Shown here: positions 8,657 to 16,517 of the stretch, piece after piece
How positions within the stretch are numbered: the stretch's first letter is position 1
Layout of the letters: each line of letters opens with the position of its first letter
Origin: an uncultured Thermotogae bacterium
GTDB taxonomy: Bacteria; Bipolaricaulota; Bipolaricaulia; UBA7950; UBA9294
Direction of reading: 5' to 3'
NCBI GenBank assembly: GCA_964582975.1
Contig: CAZOUO010000002.1
Span: 1 to 47,771, forward strand
DNA: 47,771 nucleotides
Program-made: the position numbers and the translations under genes
Notes under the pieces: generated by a model
Told to the model about the DNA's origin: nothing
The model's database searches: none
The model's input: only the letters and a program-made list of their open reading frames with translations

Positions 8657-9446
8657 GAAAGATATCCCTCTCTGGAGAACGGAGCACCACACGGATCGGG
8701 TCGCTGGAAACTGGCCAAATCATCCCCCGAATCACTACAAGTGGAATTCCCTCGTCCGCCTGTCCCATGACGAGGTTTGCCGCTGCACATAGCTCATCGG
8801 CAATGCATTCGGAGGACCGCTTAAGGGTGTAAGAGAAGAGGTCCTTCTTCCCGCGTAAGTCAAGCAACGGCGGCAACCCGGAGACGCCGATGCACGTTCC
8901 CACCGTCCCTTTACGGAAAGGACGACCGTGACTGTCGCTTATCAATACAGCCACTTGTCTTCCATACTCCTGTCGGATGAATCCGCTAATCTCTCTCGCC
9001 GTGCCATCCGGATCACGCGGGAGTAAGCACACCACATCCCCTTCGGCACTGTTTGATCGGTCCACCCCTGCATTCGCGCTCACGTGTCCAAGACGATGCT
9101 CGGTGATGATGTGTCTGTTGCTGACGCGTACGAGTTCTCTTGCCTCGCCCAAGATCACCTCGATCGTCCGAGGGTCTCTATCGGTCTCTGCTGCAAGCTG
9201 AAGAGCTTTGGCAGACGGGACGACCGAGTCAAGTTGAACAAGACGTCCTTCTGCTCGAGTGACTATCTTGTGTGTCACGACAAGAATATCTCCGTCCACA
9301 AGGGAGAAACCACTGGCTGTGATTCCTTTCCGAATGGCATCCAGCAGATTGCCCCCAGGAGCGACCAAAGGGAAGGGAGTCACGGCCATCAACTCAAGAT
9401 GTTCCGGTCGATGGAAATCCCTTCCTTCCCTTGTCAAATCCCCCAC
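8625..9446 (-). CDS. cofE: coenzyme F420-0:L-glutamate ligase (CofE-type, no fused C-terminal domain)
   Basis: CofE blocks are GDILVVTHKIVTRAEGR, ANAGVDRSN and ISDSHGRPFRKG. The ORF starts at GTG 9446, and an internal ATG at 9389 (MAVTPFPL...) is also possible. Confidence 0.85.
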   Translation of the reverse strand: MGDLTREGRDFHRPEHLELMAVTPFPLVAPGGNLLDAIRKGITASGFSLVDGDILVVTHKIVTRAEGRLVQLDSVVPSAKALQLAAETDRDPRTIEVILGEARELVRVSNRHIITEHRLGHVSANAGVDRSNSAEGDVVCLLPRDPDGTAREISGFIRQEYGRQVAVLISDSHGRPFRKGTVGTCIGVSGLPPLLDLRGKKDLFSYTLKRSSECIADELCAAANLVMGQADEGIPLVVIRGMIWPVSSDPIRVVLRSPERDIFRDKHGSEKGT

Positions 9447-9502
9447 TTTCGATTTGTCCTTTTCTGATCTCCAAGGTTGACACTGTCTCTCGCAAAGAGC
9501 GC

Positions 9503-10057
9503 CTAAAGGGACGCCTGTTTCCGATTTCCAGAGTATCGTTCCTTATGCACCACCTCTTCAAGCGTCCGCCGTCGCCTGCCTGCCCGCTCCTCCGCAGGAA
9601 AGCCAAGGGGAAATGATCCGATGATCCGCCAGTCATCCGGAATCTCAAGCGCTCTACGAAGATTCTGCTGCCACGGGTACGGGGTGATCCAGCAACAGCC
9701 AAGCCCAAGGGCATGCGCCTCAAGCAATAGATTCATCGCGGCAGCGCTTCCGTCCATCACTGGACTCTTTGTTCCCGAATCCGGACGCACGACTAGAGTG
9801 ATCACAACCGGCGCTCCACCGATAAACTTGGCGTGGCACAGCTCAGCTAGCCGGGCGATGTTGTCGGGATCCTTTGTGACTATGAACTCTGTCGGCTCAG
9901 AACTGTGCGAGCTGGGGGCCCACATCGCGGCCTCGATGAGTCTCTGCAACATGTCTTCAGGCACATCGCGGTCCTGATATTTCCTGATGCTCCGCCGACT
10001 CTTGATCAGAGGGAGCAGATCCATCTTCTCCATACTCATTTGCGGTAGGATCCTCAA
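9503..10057 (-). CDS. stand-alone nitroreductase-fold (NTR) protein, candidate dehydro-F420-0 reductase
   Basis: The roughly 180-aa product has the nitroreductase N-terminus RRSIRKYQDRDVPEDMLQRLIEAAMWAPSS and a C-terminal GFPAEE block. It lies between the LLM gene and cofE. The ORF starts at TTG 10057, with ATG options at 10039 and 10033. Confidence 0.75.
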   Translation of the reverse strand: MRILPQMSMEKMDLLPLIKSRRSIRKYQDRDVPEDMLQRLIEAAMWAPSSHSSEPTEFIVTKDPDNIARLAELCHAKFIGGAPVVITLVVRPDSGTKSPVMDGSAAAMNLLLEAHALGLGCCWITPYPWQQNLRRALEIPDDWRIIGSFPLGFPAEERAGRRRRTLEEVVHKERYSGNRKQASL

Positions 10058-10061
10058 GGTG

Positions 10062-11063
10062 CTATCGAAAGGTGCTCATCACTTCACTGGCAAATCGTTC
10101 CAGTGCTTCGGTTCCTTGTGAAAACGTCGCTCCCCACAGGAGCATCGCAAACTGGTTCATTCCAAGTGATTCGAGCTGTCGCAACTTAGTGATTATCTTC
10201 TCCTTGTTGCCGATGAGGCTCAGCTTGTCTATGTCTGCGTCAGTCACATGTTTGGCAGCTGCACCAGGGCCACCCCTTTCGTAGTCTGCTTTCAACTGCT
10301 TCAGGCACTCCGGGTCCAATTCCAGCGCATTGAGTATCGGCCCCGGTGCACCGCCAATGATGTGGGCTATTGTGGGGCGCACATTGTCCATCGCAGTTTC
10401 AACATCATCGGTCAGTCGAGTTGTCACCCAGCTCACGGAGTATGGCAACGGCCTCTGCTTCGCTGACCGCTCCATTCCCTTCCTTATGTTGCTGAATGCA
10501 AAATCCAACCCCGCCTTGGAGATAAGAGCGCCGATTATTACACCATCGGCTACCTTCCCGGCTGCTTGGAGTGTTGCTGGTCCCCGTCCAGCGATGAAGA
10601 GAGGCGGGGGTGGTCCAAGATCGCCTTCCAAGTGGACATCATCTACGTCAAAGAAATCGCCGTGGTAGGCTACCGTTTCGCCAGCGAGCAACGGGCTCAT
10701 AATCTGGACGGCCTCCTTACACGCTCGGGCAGGGCGATGCTGATCAAGGCCTAAGGGAGTAAGCAGCTCTTTGCGATTACCCGCTCCGATTCCGAGCGAA
10801 AACCGATTCGGAAAAGCTTGAGAAAGAGTCCCGATTGCTCGGGCAATCTGTACCGGATGACGCGTGTACGGATTGGTAACGCCAATGCCAAGATGGATAG
10901 ACGAGGTCCTCTCCGCGATCAGGCCGAGCGCAACAAACGGATCCTGATAGAAGGTCTGATCTGGCAGCCACGCGTAATCGTACCCCAGTTGCTCCCCTTG
11001 CTGTGCCAGCCGCCTTAGCTCATCGACCCTCAATTGATGGAGCAGTGCAAATCCAAATTCCAT
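10062..11063 (-). CDS. LLM-class F420-dependent oxidoreductase (Mer-like)
   Basis: The 333-aa product has luciferase-like/Mer-like blocks IHLGIGVTNPYTRHP, LGIGAG and LFIAGRGPATLQAAGKVADGVIIG. It lies 8 nt downstream of the enolase-superfamily gene and 4 nt upstream of the NTR gene. Confidence 0.8.
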   Translation of the reverse strand: MEFGFALLHQLRVDELRRLAQQGEQLGYDYAWLPDQTFYQDPFVALGLIAERTSSIHLGIGVTNPYTRHPVQIARAIGTLSQAFPNRFSLGIGAGNRKELLTPLGLDQHRPARACKEAVQIMSPLLAGETVAYHGDFFDVDDVHLEGDLGPPPPLFIAGRGPATLQAAGKVADGVIIGALISKAGLDFAFSNIRKGMERSAKQRPLPYSVSWVTTRLTDDVETAMDNVRPTIAHIIGGAPGPILNALELDPECLKQLKADYERGGPGAAAKHVTDADIDKLSLIGNKEKIITKLRQLESLGMNQFAMLLWGATFSQGTEALERFASEVMSTFR

Positions 11064-11071
11064 TCAAACCC

Positions 11072-12202
11072 CTATGTCTCTATTTCAAATCGATCGATGA
11101 GATACTTCTCCACTTTCGTCATATCTAAATCCCCCCCCAGGCCTGGAGCCTCCGGCACGACCAGGCACCCTTCCTCAAAACTCATCGGCTCGGTGCCAAC
11201 ATCCTCAACCAGCATGAATCGACCACCCATCTCACCCCCGTACACGACGGAAGGGGAAGAGCAGGCGAGATGGACGCAGGCACGGGCCCCAATAGGCCCC
11301 TCCAATGCCCCACCGATGTAGCACTTTAGCCGTCCCACCTCTGCTACCGCGATCATCTTCTTGGCATTAAGAAGTCCTCCTGGCGGGTTAACATACACGC
11401 TGATGACGTCAGCGGCACGATGCCTGATGATCTCATAGACATCGTGAGGAGAATTGGCAGCCTCATCGGCCATTATTGGTACACTTACGCTTTGATTGAC
11501 GATTGCCAGTCCTTCGACGTCCGCTCCATACACAGGTTGCTCCATGAATGCGATGTTATAGGGTTCAATCGCATTGATTACCTTGATCGCCGTTTTGACA
11601 TCGTAGGCTTGGTTCGCGTCGACTCGGATGCTGATTTCATCTCCGACTGTTTTGCGCATCCGTTTGACCATTTCCACATCATCCATTGGATCCTCACGTC
11701 CAACTTTCACCTTAAATACGCGGATCCCCTTCTTCATCATCTCCTCGGCCTCTTTGAGGCCTGCATCGAAATCAACTATGGGAATTGACCAACTCAGAAG
11801 CATCGCGTCTCGACACTTGCCGCCCAGTAGGTTGTATGCAGGTGTGTCCAGTATCTTCCCTGTAATGTCGTACAGAGCCATGTTAACGGAGCTCTTGGCT
11901 CTTCCATTCCAGGGGAGTGCTCGGTCCAAGGCAACCTGATGTTCTTCGATTCGTGTAGGGTCCTTGCCCAATACAGCAGGAATCAAGAAATCGCGCAATG
12001 CCGTCGCAACCGTTTGCTGAGTCTCCCCATAGCCGGAAAAGCGCACCATGTGGGGTGCCTCCCCCAAACCGGTGATCCCTTCGTCAGTAAACAGTCTCAA
12101 GAAAACACACTCCTGGTGATGAGTGGTCCCGATCGCCATCTTGTGGGCCCGTGTCACGGGAATCTTAGTCAGAAAGACCTCGGCCTTCGTAATCTTCATC
12201 AA
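11072..12202 (-). CDS. mandelate racemase / muconate lactonizing enzyme family protein (enolase superfamily, MLE-like subgroup)
   Basis: It has the KxK motif FKVKVG (K164/K166) and metal ligands in IRVDANQ (D195), MEQP (E221) and MADE (D246). Where the second catalytic Lys is expected the sequence reads DVISVYVNPPGG (Y270). Confidence 0.85.
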   Translation of the reverse strand: MMKITKAEVFLTKIPVTRAHKMAIGTTHHQECVFLRLFTDEGITGLGEAPHMVRFSGYGETQQTVATALRDFLIPAVLGKDPTRIEEHQVALDRALPWNGRAKSSVNMALYDITGKILDTPAYNLLGGKCRDAMLLSWSIPIVDFDAGLKEAEEMMKKGIRVFKVKVGREDPMDDVEMVKRMRKTVGDEISIRVDANQAYDVKTAIKVINAIEPYNIAFMEQPVYGADVEGLAIVNQSVSVPIMADEAANSPHDVYEIIRHRAADVISVYVNPPGGLLNAKKMIAVAEVGRLKCYIGGALEGPIGARACVHLACSSPSVVYGGEMGGRFMLVEDVGTEPMSFEEGCLVVPEAPGLGGDLDMTKVEKYLIDRFEIET

Positions 12203-12209
12203 CTACCTC

Positions 12210-13298
12210 CTATTTCTTACCGGTCTGCATGTACGTCTTCAGTTGGTCGACGGTCATCCCTGCAATGCCAAGCTTCTCTACAGTCCTACCGATACTCCAG
12301 TAGTCAACACCCTCGGCAACGGAGAGGATCGTCGTGATGGCGTGGCACATCGGCGTTGGCACCCCCAACATGTCTCCCAATGATGCCATCTGAACCATCC
12401 CGTAAGGGATGTCTTCCTTCGTGTAACGCGGCCAGATTCGATCCTTCTTCTTCATCGCAAAGGGTTCTCCCGGCTTGCGATAGACGTCCGGCGAGCTGCC
12501 GAACTCGATGTACAGGGAATCAACGTCCACTGGCTCCACACCAAGGGTTTTGAGCAAGGCCTGCTTTTCCGCGTCCACGGCGTCCATGCATTTCAGAACT
12601 GCCTTGGTCATCCCTTCGTTCATAATCGAAAGGAGTCCCTCTCGCCGTTCGACTTCCGCGAAGTTCAGTACCATTGGCGCCGGGTGAATGATGAAGTTGG
12701 GGTTGTTGAGCCCCGAATCGAAGCAATGGACGGCCCGCTTGACTTTGAAGAGGGGTGCGAGGCGTTCCAAAACTGCATCCGTGTTCTTCCCGGGGAACGC
12801 CGCAGTGCGAACCTGGGTGTCTCCCAATGCTACCTTGATCGTCCCATCGTCGATGAAACGGGCGGATCGCGGCATCGTCACCGTCTCGCCAAGATGCACA
12901 TCGTTCATGAAATCGACTCCCCGGTCCGAGAACTCCTCGTAGATGGCGAGGCTTGCCGTCGACCCAGAGCAGAACACCACGAGATTACCGGGCTCAAGGA
13001 ACGGGAAAACCTCTCGCATCATTGTGGCCTGCGCGTAGGCAGGAACTCCAATCAGATAGATGTCGCGCCCCTTGAGTGCCTCATCAGGGTTGGTGGTCAC
13101 GATTGGCAGCTTGACGAAATCCGCCGGGAACTCACCCTCAATCTTTAGTCCACCTTGTTCAACGATTTGTTGGAGCCTCTCCTCAGATCCTCTGAAGCCC
13201 GGGCACTCGAACACCGAGACATCGTGCCTCTTCGTCACGAGCCGAGCGGCCAACGCTAGGGCGGCAGGGCCGGCCCCCAATACTGCGATCTTCTCCAT
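12210..13298 (-). CDS. NAD(P)-dependent opine dehydrogenase family protein (octopine/nopaline dehydrogenase-like)
   Basis: The N-terminus is a Rossmann motif, KIAVLGAGPAALALA. Family-typical blocks, as I remember the Arthrobacter opine dehydrogenase, are GETVTMPRSARF, NNPNFIIHPAPMVLN, VDAEKQALLKTLGV and YTKEDIPYGMV..LGVPTP...GRTVEKLGIAGMT. Confidence 0.78.
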   Translation of the reverse strand: MEKIAVLGAGPAALALAARLVTKRHDVSVFECPGFRGSEERLQQIVEQGGLKIEGEFPADFVKLPIVTTNPDEALKGRDIYLIGVPAYAQATMMREVFPFLEPGNLVVFCSGSTASLAIYEEFSDRGVDFMNDVHLGETVTMPRSARFIDDGTIKVALGDTQVRTAAFPGKNTDAVLERLAPLFKVKRAVHCFDSGLNNPNFIIHPAPMVLNFAEVERREGLLSIMNEGMTKAVLKCMDAVDAEKQALLKTLGVEPVDVDSLYIEFGSSPDVYRKPGEPFAMKKKDRIWPRYTKEDIPYGMVQMASLGDMLGVPTPMCHAITTILSVAEGVDYWSIGRTVEKLGIAGMTVDQLKTYMQTGKK

Positions 13299-13300
13299 TT

Positions 13301-14491
13301 CTACCCCCTAGCGACGAAGAGATCCCGTGAAAGCGGCGTTAGATCCTCGTATCCCGTATCAGTGATCAGCAGGTTGTTCTCGATTCCGAAGTTCCCGATA
13401 CGGCCTTCCTTGTCACGGAAGATCGGTTCAACGGTCACCACCATACCGGTTTTCAATGGCTGCGAGTTCGTCACCGCGATGTTGGGCGGCTCATGTACGT
13501 CCAAACCAACGCCATGTCCGATGCGCTCCATCGTCCCAACGTGCTCGGAGAATCCCAAATGGTCGAACACTTCGACCGCTTCTGACACCACCTCGCATGC
13601 TGGAACACCGTCACGCAGCTTCTGAACAGCCGTCCACTGCGCCTGCTTCTCGGCTTCGAAGAAAGCCAGCTGTTCGTCTGTAGGTCCGCCGATGTTCGCC
13701 ATGCGCATCATGTCGCACCAGTAGTCGTTGTACGTAGCCCCTGCATCGAGAAGAATCATGTCGCCATTTTCCATGCGCTTGGCCTTGAACGGTGGTACGT
13801 TCACCATCTTGTACTTCAGGGGACCTGAGCGAACCACCACAAAACCCGGCTTGTAGGCTGTCTGCCTGGCCATCTCCTCGAACATCGCTCCCGCGAGATC
13901 CTGCTCCGACAGACCGGCGCGCATCACCTCAAATCCTCTCTCGAACGATTTGCAGGTAGCATCGCATGCCTTGCGTAGATACTCGATCTCCCTTGGCGTT
14001 TTGATCACGCGTAGCTCCCAGATCAGCTGCGCCGCGTCGGTCAGAGTGGCCTGTGGCAGTTGCTTCTGAAGGTCGAAAAACTCGGTCATGTGCATGGCAA
14101 GATACATCTCTTCGCCAAACTCCATCCCAATCCGTGCCTTCTCAAGCCCCAGTTGCCTAAGAACAGCTACAACACCTTCCACTGGATTCTTTGCCGCATC
14201 CTTGACCCGCCAGCCACCCCACAGATACCGCTTCTTGACCCAGCTCGTCTGTTCCCCCACGCTCTCCAACGATTCGGGAAGGACGAAGATCGGTTCCTCA
14301 CCTTTGGCCATGATCAGAGCAAGAGGCCGGGTCTTCGTGTCCCAGCCAACTGTCTGCAGGCCACTGAAGTAAAGAACGTTCTCCTTGGCTGTGACCATCA
14401 CCGCATCGAGATCGGATGCCTGAATCAGTTCCTGAAACCGTTTATACCTTTCGACGTATTCCTCATCCGGGAACTGCGAATACTTCGCCAT
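13301..14491 (-). CDS. M24 family metallohydrolase (creatinase/prolidase-like)
   Basis: The 396-aa product has a creatinase-type N-domain (DAVMVTAKENVLYFSG) and an M24 catalytic core (LLDAGATYNDYWCD, GHGVGLDVHEPP, TVEPIF). Confidence 0.85.
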   Translation of the reverse strand: MAKYSQFPDEEYVERYKRFQELIQASDLDAVMVTAKENVLYFSGLQTVGWDTKTRPLALIMAKGEEPIFVLPESLESVGEQTSWVKKRYLWGGWRVKDAAKNPVEGVVAVLRQLGLEKARIGMEFGEEMYLAMHMTEFFDLQKQLPQATLTDAAQLIWELRVIKTPREIEYLRKACDATCKSFERGFEVMRAGLSEQDLAGAMFEEMARQTAYKPGFVVVRSGPLKYKMVNVPPFKAKRMENGDMILLDAGATYNDYWCDMMRMANIGGPTDEQLAFFEAEKQAQWTAVQKLRDGVPACEVVSEAVEVFDHLGFSEHVGTMERIGHGVGLDVHEPPNIAVTNSQPLKTGMVVTVEPIFRDKEGRIGNFGIENNLLITDTGYEDLTPLSRDLFVARG

Positions 14492-14569
14492 ACTGACCTC
14501 CTCTTACTCGTCTTCTTGTGACTGCTTTTCCACAGCTCTTCTGATTCCGCGTTGCCAATATCATCCCGA

Positions 14570-15445
14570 TCAATCCCCCCTTAGGCGCGGATCGAGCTCG
14601 CGCTCGTACGCACGGGAGATGAAGAAAACGCTCATCACGATCAGCATGATGGCGAGCCCCGGAAACAACACCCACCACCACGCATATCGAATTCCACCCG
14701 TCGCGAAGCACATGTTCAGGAGCTTTCCCCAACTCGGCGTTTTCGGGTCACCATATCCGAGGAAGCTGACGTTTGCCTCAACGATGATTGCCCATCCCAT
14801 TCCCAAGGCAACATATATTGCCGAAATCGGCAACACATTGGGCAAGATATGAACGAAAAGAATCCGTGTTCGTGAAACACCTATCGCCTGTGCCGCCTCC
14901 ACGAAGACCTCCTTACACACGGAGAGGGCTTCTGCACGGACAACACGCGCCGACGAACGCCACATCAGCAGGGAGGTTGCCAAAACGATTGTCCATATGC
15001 TTGGAGACAGAAAGCTCACAATCACGATTACGAATGGCTCCAGCGGAATCGAGTAGCAGATGTCTACCAAGCGCATCAGCCCCTCATCGACCCAACGCCC
15101 GAAGAAAGCGGAGGTAACCCCAACCAGTGTCCCCAAAGAGGTGATCGCGAGGGCCGTCAGCCCTCCCACCATGAACGCGGCCCGCGTGCCGTAGAGCACT
15201 CCGCTGAATACATCTCTCCCCATATTCGTAGTCCCGAAAGGGTACTCAGCAGATGGCGGGTGAAGGAAAGGAACCTTGTTGTTCCCATCCCGGATAATCT
15301 CGTCCGGTTCGTAGCGCGCGATGTAAGGAGCTGTTATTGCGATCACTGCATAGCCTAAGATAATGATCAAACCCAGAAGGGCTAGCTTGTCACGCTTGAA
15401 CACCTGTAACTGTCTTTTGCGAAATGGCCTATTTTCCAATGCCAT
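14570..15445 (-). CDS. ABC transporter permease (DppC/OppC-like)
   Basis: The 291-aa product has 6 TM segments and the EAA-type loop EAAQAIGVSRTRILFVHILPN. Its N-terminus resembles OppC family proteins. Confidence 0.9.
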   Translation of the reverse strand: MALENRPFRKRQLQVFKRDKLALLGLIIILGYAVIAITAPYIARYEPDEIIRDGNNKVPFLHPPSAEYPFGTTNMGRDVFSGVLYGTRAAFMVGGLTALAITSLGTLVGVTSAFFGRWVDEGLMRLVDICYSIPLEPFVIVIVSFLSPSIWTIVLATSLLMWRSSARVVRAEALSVCKEVFVEAAQAIGVSRTRILFVHILPNVLPISAIYVALGMGWAIIVEANVSFLGYGDPKTPSWGKLLNMCFATGGIRYAWWWVLFPGLAIMLIVMSVFFISRAYERELDPRLRGD

Positions 15446-15459
15446 CCTCTATTCCACTC

Positions 15460-16428
15460 CTAATCGTAGGTGATCCTTGGATCAAGTGTTGCGTATGTCA
15501 GATCGGCGATGATGTTCATGATCACGATCATGACTCCGATCAGCAAGAACGCACCCTGGGTCACCGGGTAGTCCCTCATTTTGATACCCTCAATGATCGC
15601 TCGCCCGAGGCCAGGCCAGCTAAATACGTATTCAAGAACGGACATCCCGGCAACGGCCAACCCAATATGTGTCGCCGCCGAGGTCACAACCGGAAGCAGC
15701 GCGTTTCTCAACACATGCTTGATTGTCACCGTACTCTCCCGAAGTCCTTTGGAACGAGCCGTCCGCACGTAGTCCGCGGGTAGATGGCGAAGCATCGCGT
15801 TTCGCAGAAGAAGGGTGGGAAAACTGATGAAATAGGCAGTCATCACCAGAGTGGGAAGGATCAAATGGTGCAGAAAATCCACGTTCAGGTAGACCCAGAT
15901 ACCCGTCTCCTTGCTGCCAAAGGATCGTATCCCTGCATAAGGAAACCATCCAAGATAGAACGAAAAGACCATGATAGATAGCATTCCCGTCCAAAAGACC
16001 GGTGGGGCGCGAAGGACCAGGCATATCGAGACTAGCGCGGATTCTATCCACGTGCCTCGTTTTGCTGTCATGATGAGTGAAAGAAGGATGGCCAGTCCGT
16101 AAGTAAGGACGAATGCGGCCGCCGCAAGGATCAGCGTGTTTGCCAACCGACCTTTGATCACATCGATGACCGGGCGCTGTTGAAGGAACGATCTTCCGAA
16201 GTTGAGTCGAAGCAGGTTGGTCACATAGCGAAGGTACTGCTCGTGCATTGGCTTATCCAGGCCAAATGATGCCTTCACTTGCTGCCGCATTTCAGCAGGC
16301 AAGAGCGGACTTAGCATTACGGCAGCGGGATCACCAGGGAGTAGGCGAAACAGGATGAAGGCGATCGTAATAATCGCGATGATTGTTACAATTGAAGTCG
16401 CAAATCGCCTTAAAAGGAAGGTCCCCAT
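15460..16428 (-). CDS. ABC transporter permease (DppB/OppB-like)
   Basis: The 322-aa product starts LLRRFATSIVTIIAIITIAFILFRLLPGDP. It has the loop YVRTARSKGLRESTVTIKHVLRNA and the tail DPRITYD. Confidence 0.9.
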   Translation of the reverse strand: MGTFLLRRFATSIVTIIAIITIAFILFRLLPGDPAAVMLSPLLPAEMRQQVKASFGLDKPMHEQYLRYVTNLLRLNFGRSFLQQRPVIDVIKGRLANTLILAAAAFVLTYGLAILLSLIMTAKRGTWIESALVSICLVLRAPPVFWTGMLSIMVFSFYLGWFPYAGIRSFGSKETGIWVYLNVDFLHHLILPTLVMTAYFISFPTLLLRNAMLRHLPADYVRTARSKGLRESTVTIKHVLRNALLPVVTSAATHIGLAVAGMSVLEYVFSWPGLGRAIIEGIKMRDYPVTQGAFLLIGVMIVIMNIIADLTYATLDPRITYD

Positions 16429-16517
16429 GTTTCCTCTGTGTCAGTCGTTGTTCTTTCTAAAAGAGGAGCCCGACCCTCGGCGGACCAGGCCCCTTCAGAG
16501 AAACTCTTCGGCGCTCC

